The position numbers and the translations under genes are program-made. 64,000 nt of DNA from Azolla caroliniana. Its lineage: Eukaryota; Plantae; Polypodiophyta. Below are positions 25,901-38,686 of this stretch, one piece after another (the first letter of the stretch is position 1; the number at the start of each line of letters is the position of its first letter). Location: NCBI GenBank assembly GCA_043228905.1, contig JBHGNT010000004.1:4464001-4528000 (forward strand), written 5' to 3'. Below the pieces are notes generated by a model. It saw only the letters and a list, made by a program, of their open reading frames with translations, had not been told where the DNA came from and searched no databases.

Positions 25901-28900
25901 AATTGTTGGGAGACAGGTCCCTCCAGATGGGAAGGGAGAAGAACAGTGCAGATGAACAAACTCGACCGAGGCCGAAACCGTATGACGAGTACCCGGCTAC
26001 GAAGAGCCGGATGGTGCGGACCCGGTGAGGAATGCTCACCGGATGAAGAGGCATATTCGTAAAAATGTTTCTGAGAGTCCATTGAGGCTATATTTGTAAA
26101 TAACCGAAAAGTTATATTAGTATAAATATGACTTAGGGCAAACTTTTAGACGACTGTTGTTGTCATTCTTGTTGGTGCAAGGAGAGTCAGAGCGCGTAAC
26201 TGTGTACAGAGAGAGAGAGAGAGAAAGAGGTCGTTGCCTCTGTTGTAACCGCCGCCTGTGGCGAGGATCGTGAGCACGAGGTCGTTGCCTCCGTGAACTC
26301 ACTGTTGTACATTCTAACATAGTGATAGTTTGCAGCCTGTGGGCTGCCGTGGTTTTTTCCCTTAGTTTGGGTTTTCCACGTAAACATCCTGCGTATTTGT
26401 CTCCTCTTCGTGTCGTTCGTTATTTCCCGTTTTCTGTGTATGATTCTAAGCTCAGTTGTGGCTGAGCATTGCGTATAGGGAGCGTTTACTTCCCGACAAG
26501 TGGTATCAGAGCGAAACAACACAGAAAATGGATGAATCGTTTGGCGGCATGTTCAAGCTCACCGGCTCCAACTATTCAGTATGGAAGTCGAAGATGAGGG
26601 ACATGCTCGTGGTTAAAGATCTTTGGTTACCGGTTCAATTCGGGGACAAGAGACCGGACAAGATCGACGCCACAATATGGGAGGTGATGCACATGAAGAC
26701 AACGACGTACATACGGTGCTTCATCGACATGAGCCTATACAACAACTTCAATGAAGAGAGCAAGGCTCATGAGTTCTGGGAGAAGATCGGCATTATGTTT
26801 CAAAACAAAAATGTTGTTAATCAGGTTTCGGTATTCCGGAAGCTAGTAAGACTCCGGTACCAAGATGGCTCTAGCATGGCGGAGCACATGAATGCCTTCC
26901 AAGGGCTGATCCACCAAGCAACATCATTCGAAGTAACTCTCACCAACGAGGTACTAGCACTACTCTTGCTCGGTTCCCTCCTGGATAGCTGGAAGACGTT
27001 GGTTGTCACTTTGGGCAACGCCGGGCCGGAAAGAAAGCGGTTATCCCTAGCAAGAGTAAAGTCGAGCTTGCTAGATGAGGAGGTGCGTCTGAAAGACAAA
27101 GATACGAGCTCCGACTCCAAAGCGCTCCTTACCGAATCGGAATACAAAAGACAAAGAAACCGTAGTCCCCAGAACCGGGAAAAGTCGGGGACATGGTCAA
27201 AGTCAAGGGGGAGACCTACTTGCTTCTATTGCAGCAAGTCGGGACACTTCCAGAACAACTGTCGGCATTTCCGAAAGGACAAGGAAACCGAAGGTACCGA
27301 TTCGAAGCGGATACCGGACCGGAACGGTAAAGATCGGAGGAGAACGGACCGGAAGGGGACGACGGCAATCAAGACAAGTGAAGAAGAGTTGATGATCATT
27401 ACCGAAGAGAGTGAGAGCGTCGTTCCACCTAACCCCGGACCGGAAATGCTTCTCATCCTACTCAGCCGGTGATCACGGCTGTGTCCGGATGGGGAATGAA
27501 GGTACATGCCGAATTGTCAACATAGGAGACGTGTGGCTAACAACACCAACCGGATGCAAGTTGTTGCTAAAGGATGTTCGACACATTCCAGAGGTTCGAC
27601 TGAACCTGATATCAGCCGATCGGCTAGATGATGAAGGCTACACGGGTAGCATCCGGAACGATGTCATGAAGTTCAGCAAAGGGAGCCTGATTGTGGCTCG
27701 GGACCGGAAGGTAAACACGTTGTACCTCAGGAATGCCCGGTTATGTCCGGAGGAAGTGAACGTGGCATCCGACACTGCCGGTGAGTTGTGGCACGAGAGG
27801 TTGTGTCATATGAGCGAGAAGGGGATGAAGAGGCTTGCAGATGACAACCTCATTCTAGTGAAGAACGTGCACTTGGAGAAGTGCACTGATTGTCTCGCCG
27901 GTAAGCAAAACCGGACCTCCTTCCGACCAAGGCCACCGATGAGACGTAATGCACCACTGGAGTTGGTGCATATGGATGTGTGTCAAGTAGACACGAAGTC
28001 ACATGCCAGAGCACAGTACTTTGTGACGTTCATAGATGACCACAGCCGGAAGTTGTGGGCCACACCGTTGAAGACGAACGATCAGGTGCTATCCGTCTTA
28101 AAAGAGCTCCACGCGAGAGTGGAAAGAGAAACCGGCTGGAAGCTGAAGGCGGTTTCAGCAGATAACGGAGGAGAATACCGGGGGCAATTCAAGGAGTACT
28201 GCCGCTCGAAGGGAATCCAGCTCGAATTTACCGTGCCGAAGACGCCGGAACTAAACGGGTTAGCCGAGAGGATGAACCGGACCATAATGGAGAGGGTCCG
28301 GAGTATACTGGCGCATGCAAAACTACCCAAGAAATTTTGGGCTGAGGCCCTGTCGACAGCGACATACGTGATAAACATATCACCCTCAGTACCCTTGGAC
28401 GGAGACACGCCACAGAGAGTCTGGACTGGTAAGGAAGTGTCCTACCGACATCTGAAGGTGTTCAGGTGTCTCGCATACGTGCATGTAGCTAAGGACCGGA
28501 GAGCAAAGTTAGATCCAAAGACCCGGCCATGCATATTCCTCGGTTACGGCGACGATGAGTTCGGCTACCGAGTGTGGGACCCGGTCGACAAGAAGGTATT
28601 CCAGAGTCGAGATATTATCTTCATGGAGGACAAGACGCTCGCCGACTGGGAGTCGGAGAAGAAGATAATGAACTCCGAGTCGACCAGTAAGGATCGACTC
28701 TACGATGACTAGACCCAACCGGCAAGAGACCGGTTAGCACTCGAGGGACCAGCCGGTTACGGTGAGGATACCGAACAGGCTGAAGAAGAAGTAGAGGAAG
28801 CTGAAACCGGAACCGGCCAAGACCCCGAATCGGATTCGGATGAAGAGAAAATGGAGGAGCAAGTCACCGAAGCCCGAAGACGGAGATATCCTCTCAGAGA

Positions 28901-30043
28901 GAGAAGGGCCCCCCGGAGATTTCCGAATGTAGAGCATGTTCTGCTGACCGATGAGGGGGAGCCAGAAAGCTTCGAAGAAGCGAAGGATGAGCCCCACAGC
29001 CACAAATGGTTAAGTGCCATGCAGGATGAGATGGATTCCCTGCATGAGAACCATACGTACGAATTGGTGGAGTTGCCGAAAGGAAAGCGGGCACTCCGAA
29101 ACAAGTGGGTGTACAAGTTGAAACCGGGAGATGCCGGCAACCCCCCGAGATACAAAGCCAGGATCGTGGTGAAGGGGTTCCAACAAAAAAAGGGCGTGGA
29201 CTTTGACGAGATATTTGCCCCGGTAGTAAAGATGACCTCCATCCGGACGGTGCTGAGTATAGCGACAAGCATGGACCTCGAGGTAGAACAGTTGGACGTG
29301 AAGACGGTATTCCTTCACGGCGACCTCGAAGAGGAGATCTACATGCAGCAACCGGAAGGATTCGTGGAGAAAGGGAAGGAGCACCTGGTATGCCGGTTGA
29401 AGAAGAGCCTCTACGGGTTGAAGCAGGCCCCCCGGCAATGGTACCGGAAGTTCGACTCCTTCATGACCGATCAAGGGTACCACAAGACGCAGGCTAATCA
29501 CTGTGTGTTTGTGAAGAGGTTCGAAGGAGACAACTTCCTGATACTCCTTCTGTACGTGGATGACATGTTGATCGTCAGACGGGACCAAGTCAAAATACGG
29601 ATGCTAAAGAAGGCTCTCAACCGGACCTTCTCAATGAAAGACTTGGGTCCGGCAAGACAGATGCTGGGGATGCATATTATCCGGAACCGGTCAGCGAAGA
29701 AATTATGGCTGTCACAGGAGAAGTACGTGACAAAGGTGCTTCACCGGTTCAACATGTCAGATGCGAAACCGGTCAGATTGACACTTCCGGCAAATTGCAG
29801 GCTATCCGGTAAGCAAAGCCTGAAGACGAAAGCAGAGAAGGCGGATATGATGAAGATTCCATATGCCTCTGCCGTCAGGAGCTTAATGTACGCAATGGTT
29901 TGTACCCGACCGGATATAGGATACGCAGTCGGAGTGGTGGGCCGGTTTATGAGCAATCCCGGCAAGGAGGACTGGATCGCGGTCAAATGGATACTCCGGT
30001 ACTTGAAGGGCACTTCAAATATGTGTCTCCGATTCGGCTCCGG

Positions 30044-33000
30044 TGTCACGTTGTTACGCGCGTGCGTGGAGAAAGGCGGGACCACGGGGGTCTTGGACTA
30101 GGGAGCGACGGAGCGTAGAAAGTCGCACTTCACCGTTTCCAGGGCATCCCAGAAGCACACCGGAAGCAACCGAAGGGAGAGAGAGAAAGAGAGGGATCGC
30201 GCGCTTGCCACCGACTCACGCGCACGCACGCACGCACACACACACAGCTCACGCCCTCATGTACAAGAAACGCAGGAAAGGGGGGAAGCACCCGACACCA
30301 ACAAAGACGCCAATATACACAGACAGACGCAAACGTATATATATATATATAAGAAGAATACATTCCCGGCTTCGAGCCGGACTGAGGTAGGTTACAATAG
30401 TCGTCTGCTGCCAAGCCGCCATCGGGGAGTTCTCAGCTCGTCGCGCCGAGCGGGGTCTTGAACAAGAGGCCAAACCCACCTAACTGCACGTCCACCGGTA
30501 CGTGCCAAATCTGGTTGAAGGGTGAGAGATTTCGGCCGGCGAGAAACCGGTCTTCCGTGATCCACATCCCGGCTCGCTGCCGGTTTGATCCATCGGCTTC
30601 GATTCTTCCTTCGTGCTTACCTCCCCGTAGGCTCGTTCAACCCGTCGATGGGTCCTCTGCCGCGATCTCCGTAGTACGCGTACTTCCGTTGGCCCTTGTT
30701 CGGCCGTATGAACGCCCCGCTTCCCGTCGTATGCCTGATGTCCTTCGTTCGAGGAACGCCCGTAGCGGCCCGCTTGGCCTCCGTTGATCATTCGCGTCGT
30801 CCTGATTGCCGTCCCATGTCGTTTCGCGTTGCCCTCGTCCTTTCGCCGCCACCTTCCTTCTCCATGGTCTTACATCGCCACGTCGGCTCAAACCGCCATG
30901 GTCTCCGGAATAGTGTCGACGATCCCTTTCCGGCCTTCTCCGCGCAACCTATCTCTGCGCTCGCCTTTCCGCTCCGGCACCTCCGTGTGCCACATACCCT
31001 CGTCTGTTGTTTGTAACTGCCTGTGTCGCACTCCGGTTCATCGCACGCCTTGTCGGCCCTTTTCCGGCCAGAACGTGCATCGCCGCTCACCCGCATACCG
31101 GTGTCCTCTGCATCCGAGGAACACCCCGTAGTAGCCCGCTTGGCCCTTCCCGTCTTCATGCTGCCACAATAGGTTCCTGAGTCTTCCGCTTGCTTTGTTC
31201 GGCCCCGCCCGCGCCGAACACCGTCCCGTAGTCACGCCTCGATTCGGCCCGCGATGGCCACTTGCGAGACTCTCGTTCTGTCCAAGGTGTGCCTTTCCGG
31301 CCTGACACACCTCCCCGTGTTTGCCCCTACCGGCTCCTTCCGAAACCTCGTGTCGTCGGGTCTCGTTCCCTACCGCCACCTTCCTTCTCCCTCGGCCTTA
31401 CGTTGCCACGTTGGCCGAACAGCCAGAGTCTCTGGATCGGTGTGAGGGTCCCATAGGACCGGACTCCGTTTCTATGCTTGCCGAAATTCGGGTGTCTTTT
31501 GTTTGAGTCCCTCCTGGACTCTCCTCGTGTCTTCCGCGTAGTTGGGTCCCTTTTCCCGCTGCCACCTTCCTTCTCCCTCGGTCTTACGTTGCCACGTTGG
31601 CCGAATAGCCGGGGTCTCCGGTTCAGTGTGGGGATCCCATAGGACCGGACCTCCTTACGCCCTTTGCCTTCATCACCTCGCCGCCACCGTCAGTATCTTG
31701 GTCTTACGTCGGCCGCGTTGCCGACTGCCGAAGTCTCTAGAACCGGTGTGAAGGATCCTCCGTAGGCCGCCGATCCGTAGCCCTTGCCTTCGTCACCTCG
31801 CCGCCACCGTCAGTATCTTGGTCTTACGTCGATCGCGTTGCCGACTACCGAAGTCTCTAGAACCGGTGTGAAGGATCCTCCGTAGGCCGCTGATCTGTAG
31901 CCCTTGCCTTCGTCACCTCGCCGCCACCGTCAATATCTTAGTCTTACGTCGACCGTGTTGCCGACTGCCGAAGTCTCTAGAACCGGTGTGAAGGATCCTC
32001 CGTAGGCCGCCCTTTTGTCTTCCCTGCCCGGTCCCGGGTCATCCTTTTCCGCATGCCGAGAGGGCGGTTTACTCCGCACCCTCTCCCGTGGTACCGATGT
32101 ACCGTGTCCTCGGCCTCTTCGTAGGCCTGCTCTCTTCCTCCCTCCCGGAATGGTCATCCGGGAGTCCGCTCAGCCCGGTTCTCGTCTGGGTCCGTTCTTC
32201 CTTGTCCGGATTGCCGAGTCCCGTTCTCCTGTTGCCACCGATCTCTCTTATAGGACTCACGCCGGCACTCGGGCCTGCAGCCGGATCGGCGTAAGGAATT
32301 CCATAGGAACGGCTTTCATTCTCTTTCCAAATCTCGACCTTCGCCCGGTCGGTCTTTCTCCCCATGTAAAAGAGGGTGGCTCGTCCCGCACCCTCTCCCG
32401 TATCGGCACCTTTATGTCGAATCCGGCCCTGATCGAACGATCCACGACCGGATTACGCTCCACCCGTATCGGAATGCGGATCTCCTCGTGCCGCGTCCGT
32501 CCTCGGCCTCCTCACAGGCCGTTTCCCATCCATCTTCCCTGGCATCGTGCCAGGACTCCTCGGTACCGCCATCCATCTCCTCAGTCTTACAAGGGCATAC
32601 GGGCCCGAATGCCGAGTTCTCCAGAATCGGGTCCGTGGGCTTTCGTCCGCTCCTTCCCCGTATCGTCGCCGGTGATTCTTGGCCTTTCGCCGCCGCCTTC
32701 CTCCGCTTGGGACTCACGTGGGCACTCAGGCCTGACTGCCATCGTCTCGGGAGCAAGTGTGGGAAGACACAAAGAATCGCCCGTCCGTTTTACGCCCTTG
32801 TCCGTAGCCACCAACTCTTCGTGGTCGGCGGTCGTCTTCTTACCGATCGCGCAAGCCCCGTCTGGGCTTGCTTCCCCAATGACCGGGATCTCGGGCTAAC
32901 ACGCCTGAAACCGCTGGTCCCAACGTTCTGATTCCGCGATCGGTATCTCGGCCTCGTCCTTGGCCTTCTATCTCTACAAGTCGAGAGGGCGTTTCGTTCC

Positions 33001-34235
33001 ACACCCTCTCCCGTGGTACCGTCGTACCGACGTCGCACCCCGGTGGGTCTTTGCCGATGCTACCCACTGGTCGAAGTCGTGCCGTCCCCGGCTCTTCCGC
33101 CGTCCTCCGTATGCCTTCAGGAGCGCCTCTTCGAAGGCATCCCACGAACTATGAGCCTCACGGAGCTCCTTTACTTCCGCATGCATCCGGACAGCTACGA
33201 CCCGGCAGAAGAACTCCAGCCTCAACACCTCGTCTACGCCACGCTCCTCCATTTCCGCGTTGTAGGCTTCCAAGTAAGATGGGACTTTGTCCCCATTGAA
33301 ACGGCCGACTCTTTTGACCACTCGCTCAACCGCTTGTTGCGCTGCTTCTCGCCTCAACACCACTCATGCCGACTCCAACACCACTTCGGCCACCATCTCC
33401 GCAAGGTCGTCGTCTTCCAACTCCATCCTCCCTTACCGCCCTTCACGTCGGGTTCACCAAATATGTCGCGTTGTTACGCGCGTGCATGGAGAAAGGCGGG
33501 ACCACGGGGGTCTTGGACTAGGGAGCGACGGAGCGTAGGAAGTCGCACTTCACCATTTTCGGGGCATCCCAGAAGCACACCGGAAGCAACCGAAGGGAGA
33601 GAGAGAGAGAAAGAGAGGGATCGCGCGCTTGCCACCGACTCACGCGCACGCACGCACACACACGCACACACACACAGCTCACGCCCTCATGTACAGGAAA
33701 CGCAGGAAAGGGGGGAAGCACCCGACACCAACAAAGACGCCAATATACACAGACAGACGCAAACGTATATATATATATATATAAGAAGAATACATTCCCG
33801 GCTTCGAGCCGGACTGAGGTAGGTTACAATAGTCGTCTACTGCCAAGCCGCCGTCAAGGAGTTCTCAGCTCGTCGCGCCGAGCGGGGTCTTGCACAGGAG
33901 GCCGAACCCAAGCAAACCCTGAGCAAACACGAAGGGGAAGAAGAAGAAGAAGAAAACTAACTCTAAACCTAACGGTATACCCTCTAATGCAAAATGGGCA
34001 ACCCTTTCACAAAGGGTGTTCCCTTCCTTTTATAGAACAAGGAAAGGGATGCGTTTCAATGTGGGACAAATCCCGACTTACATGGGATCGTCTGCCCCGA
34101 CTTGACTACTCTTCGACGCCATAAAGGCGCCCTCGATATTCACACTAAATGTACATGGGTGCGTACACACGCTGCACCCCGCCGATGTAGCCAATGTTTC
34201 CCGGTTTCCGGCTCTAGCCGAAATTCTTCACGACA
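30044..34235 (-). mobile_element. Non-autonomous LTR retroelement, family A copy 2
   Basis: 5' LTR 34235-33464. PBS TGGTGAACCCGACGTGA at 33443-33459. gag-like ORF 32974-33420. Partly deleted 3' LTR 30044-30472. TSD CCGG; its removal restores Copia FGSGKPQLDGFTDSD. Confidence 0.92.
32974..33420 (-). pseudogene. Gag capsid-like N-terminal ORF of family A
   Basis: VGRFNGDKVPSYLEAYNAEM...SWDAFEEALLKAYG, similar to KGQFDGRNITKFLDTY in the gag of 56810-60917. Confidence 0.7.
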
Positions 34236-35420
34236 CCGGAAAACCTCAACTTGACGGTTTCACCGATTCGGACATGTCGGCTGATGTGGATACCAGCCGG
34301 TCTACATCCATGTATGTAATGACATATGCAAGGGGAGCTGTTTCGTGGTAGTCGAGGCTGCAGAAGACGGTTGCATTGTCAACCACGGAGGCGGAGTACA
34401 TGGCAGCTGTGGAAGCCGACAAGGAAATATTATGGATGAAGGACTTCATCGGAGAGCTCGGTATCCGGCAAGATGAATACCGACTCTATTGCGACAGTCA
34501 AAGTGCCATCCACCTTGCTAAGAATGCGGCCTACCATTCCCGGACGAAGCATATCCAGCGAAGGTATCACTGGATCCGGGAAAGAGTAGATGACCAGGAG
34601 TTCGTGCTGACGAAGATCCACACGACCGAGAACGGGTCAGATATGCTGACCAAAGTGTTGATACCCGACAAGCTGGATGCATGCCGGAAGAGGATCGGAC
34701 TAGTAAGACACCCCATGCTGGAGTGAAGGGGGAGTTTGGTGGGAGACAGGTCCCTCCGGATGGGAAGGGAGAAGAACAGTGTTGATGAACAAACTCGGCC
34801 GAGGCCGAAACCGTATGACGAGTACCCGGCTACGAAGAGCCGGATGGTGCAGACCCGGTGAGAACCGGATGAGGAGTACCCGGCTACGAAGAGCCGGATG
34901 GTGCAGACCCGGTGAGAATCGGATGAGGAGAACCCGGCTACGAAGAGCCGGATGGTGCAAACCCGGTGAGGAATGCTCACCGGATGAAGAGACATATTCG
35001 TAAATATGTTTCTGAGAATCCATCGAGGCTATATTTGTAAATAGCCGAAAAGTCATATTAGTATAAATATGACTTAGGGCAAACTTTTAGACGACTGTTG
35101 TTGTCATTCTTGTTGGTGCAACGAGAGTCAGAGCGCGTAACTGTGTACAGAGAGAGAGAGTGAGAGAGAGGTCGTTGCCTCCGTGAACTCACTGTTGTAC
35201 ATTCTAACATAGTGATAGTTTGCAGCCTGTGGGCTGCCGTGGTTTTTTCCCTTAGTTTGGGTTTTCCACGTAAACATCCTGCGTACTTGTCTCCTCTTCG
35301 TGTCGTTCGTTATTTCCCGTTCTCTATGTATGATTCTAAGCTCGGTTGTGGCCGAGCGTTGCGTATAGGGAGGTTTACTTCCCGTCAGTAATCAGTCGGG
35401 AGGATGAGGACGGTGTACGG

Positions 35421-36135
35421 TGTCGGGGTTGCTACGCCCTTGCGTGTAGAAAGGAGGAGGGACCACGGGGGTCTCGAACCGAAGAGCAAGAGAGAGAGGA
35501 GTAAGAGAGAGAGACCCGATTACACAGAACCGAAGATCCGATTGCGCAGAACCGACGATTGCACAGGGACACGGCCCAACAAACAGAGATCACAAATAAA
35601 CGCCGACGCAGATGGACGCAACAACGAGAGATATGTGCTTATGAATGCAAGAAAATAACAGACTAAAGTGTTACAACCCACGGTGGGGCACAAAATAGAT
35701 ACTAACGAAAACGAACAGGGCGGCGAACAGCTGCCGACCCCTGTATGTCGCGACGCACAAAAAGGGAAAACAGGTCGGAGGTGCTGCAGGACGCACTCGG
35801 GGCGTTCCACGGAACAGCGCAAGCCTCCTCGAAACCTGCACAGGTACGCGATGGAGCAGAAGACAGAGAGAGCAGGAGTGAGAGAGAAGCTCCGAAATCG
35901 GTTCGGCAGCACTTCGTCCTCTCCGCGGGAGATACCACTTCTATTCTTCCTCTTCCTTTTATAGCCCGTCAAGAGGCCGTTTGGCATTAACTGCATACCA
36001 ACCGAATCTACCCACCTAGGATCCTCGTATGTACCTACTTCGTCCTTAGGTACTTCTTGGCGCGCGTGTGTGTGTAGAGCCGTTTCCCACGCCTTGTTCC
36101 TCCGATTCCTCTTGTGGGCGGTTTTCTTCACGACA
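35421..36135 (-). mobile_element. Solo LTR of a related TGTCGTGAAGA-type family
   Basis: TG..CA ends. TSD ACGG on both sides. Removal restores Gypsy pol (EDEDGVR|FPIRLGAK). Confidence 0.9.
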
Positions 36136-38397
36136 ACGGTTCCCGATCCGGTTAGGGGCGAAGGTATTGAGCGAGCGGCAGCGAGGATACGCCCAAGTTA
36201 AGCGCGAGCTGTGGGGTATCGTTTCGGCAATCAAGGCTGACAAGGACTATCTGATCGGGATGGAAGTAATCATCGAGACGGACTGCCTACCGATTCTAGG
36301 TATGGTCTCCGGCTGCGCGACTCCGGACCTGGCGATGCTCAGGTCGATGGCGTACATCAAGTCCCTGATCCCGAAAATATGACACATCTTCGGGAAAGAT
36401 TATGCCATGGCCGATATGCTTTCAAGGGCGCGGTTCAATGACGAGGACGGCATGGTTTCGGATAACGAGGAAGTCGTCGAGGATTTCTTCGAGTCAGCCA
36501 ACGTAACAACAAGAAAGGGGAGCACTCCGGCACTTAACGAATTCGACGAGAGCAAGTACGACAGGGAGTGGTTCTAGATCGGTGGATTCCTGAAGGCAAT
36601 GACGCCAGACGTGGCATGGACGAAGGAAGAGGCCAACCGGATTCAGAAGAAAGCGTACCGATTCTTTCTACGGGACGGGAGCATATGGAAGCACCCGAAG
36701 AAGAGAGACGGCATCCCGCTCCGAGTGGTGACAATGAAAGAGGAACAGGAAGAATTGTTTACGGCGTACCACGAGAGTCCCTGGGCCGAACACCGCGGGA
36801 CATGGGCCACATTCGAGAAGCTAAAGGGGAACTACTGGTGGCCGGGACTATACTTGGACGTGCATCGGTTCGTGACGACTTGCGGAAGCTATCAGGTGCA
36901 CTCCATAGTCCGACATCGGGACGAGCTCCACCCGACCTACCCTCCGACCGTCCACTTCAAGTGGGTGGTGGATCTGGTGACGATGCCAATGGGGGTAGGG
37001 AAAATGCGGTATCTGGTGCTGGCTCGGGAGGACCTGACGAACCAGGTGGAAGGCCGAGCATTGCAGAGCAAAACGACTGCGGCCGTGTGCCGATTTCTGA
37101 TCGAAGAAGTGGTATGCTAGTATGGGTGCGTAGGTAAGATCGTGGCCGACCGCGGGGAATTGGACGCACAAGAGGCAGAAGAGTTGTTTGACCAGCTAGG
37201 AATTAAACTCTCGCTCACCACGGCGTACAATCCGGAGGCTAACGGGAAGGTGGAGCATGGACACGGGCCGATCGTCAAAGCGTTGGTACGGGCGTGTGGA
37301 AGCCATGTCAAGAACTGGCCACGGCTCTTACCCTATGCGTTGTGGGCGGACCGAACTACGCACAGTTCGGTAACCGGGTTCATGCCGGCAGAGCTAATGT
37401 ACGGGCAGAAGCCGATCATGCCAACGGAGCAGACAATCTCCTCATGGGCCACGGTGGACTGGAACAACGAGATGAGTCGAGAGGAGCTGCAAGCGGCACG
37501 GATTCGGCAACTGGAGCGAAGACTGGAGGACGTGTGCCGAGCCGCTAAGAAGCTACGGGTGGCAAGGGAAAAGAACAAAGGACAGTTCGACCGGATTCAC
37601 TAACTGAGACCGAAGAAGATCGAGGAAGGCGATTGGGTTCTAGTATATGACAACAGCCTCGACAACTAGCACCGGGCAATGCGGAATTTTGCAAGAAGGT
37701 GGTTCGGGCCTTATGTGGTGACGAGCGCCAACGACAATGGGACCTACCATCTCGCGGAGCTCGACGAGACAAAGATGGTTGTACCGGTGGCGGGGAAAAG
37801 GATCAAAGCCTTCAAAAAGCGGCACAAGGTTGAACCGGACCCAGGCGACCTGGATAGTGACAACGACCGACTCGGAACGGATGCCGATCCGAAAGACGAA
37901 GGATAAGCGTGGGCCGGTCTTCTCCAGCAAGAGTCTAATTTCGGCGCATACTGGTGGATGCGCGGTTAGGTGGGGGCAGATGTCGTGGACAAAACTGTCC
38001 CTGGGCGGAAACCGCGTATAATGTGCGTAAACCGGCCCTTACACGTAGGCACAAGTTTTGTTGTATAGTATGTAGATAGGTACAAGTCGGCTGAGGTGAA
38101 ATCCTAAGTAGCACACATTCTGTAAGGAGAAAATCGAGGTGTATCCCTGTCCGAAAGGACGGGGAATAAACATGATGTAACGGGTGGTAACGGCCTCCCT
38201 CCTTGGGCTATAAAAGAGAGGGAGAGGTGTTCACCAAAGATATCGTGTTTTGGGAGGACAAAGTGCTGCCGGACTAGAACCGAGCGCTTCTCCTCTCCCC
38301 TATCGTCTCCATAATCGTTCTGTCCAGGTTTCGGGCGGCTGACTCTGCTCCGTGGGACGCCCGATTGCTCCCGGCAGAGCCTCCATCTCACGTTTTG

Positions 38398-38434
<37 letters not shown>

Positions 38435-38686
38435 ACAAGCATCGGAGCCCATCACTCGTCGTCTTTCCAGTTGTAACACCTTGATTTATATTTACATAAC
38501 CATTCGTTCTATCTCCATCTCGCGTTCTGTGATTTATAGTTGCAATTCCTGTGATTCGGTGGGTCTGTGCGCAGGCGAACTACATCGTTAGTCTCCTTCC
38601 CCTCCCCTCATTCGGTTATTTCTCAGTCCGAGGCCCCGGTGGTCCCGCCTCGTTCTCCACACACACGCGTAACAATGCGACAACGT

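Larger units (their letters stand above)
25904..35387 (+). mobile_element. Full-length Ty1/Copia element (frameshifted) nested in the Gypsy
   Basis: LTRs 25904-26498 and 34737-35387. TSD GTAAT. PBS TGGTATCAGAGC at 26501. gag from 26528, integrase 27411-28712, RT 28851-30043 (YVDD), RNase H 34240-34726. PPT at about 34725-34734. Confidence 0.96.
22951..38682 (+). mobile_element. Ty3/Gypsy LTR retrotransposon, degenerate, with nested insertions
   Basis: LTRs 22951-~23548 (3'-deleted) and 37981-38682. TSD ACGT at 22947-22950 and 38683-38686. gag 23550-24260. RT LPQGGTNSVAH/FLDDIPIKG at about 25280-25400. RNase H about 36140-36430. Integrase HHCC+DDE 36599-37603. PPT before 37981. Confidence 0.93.
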
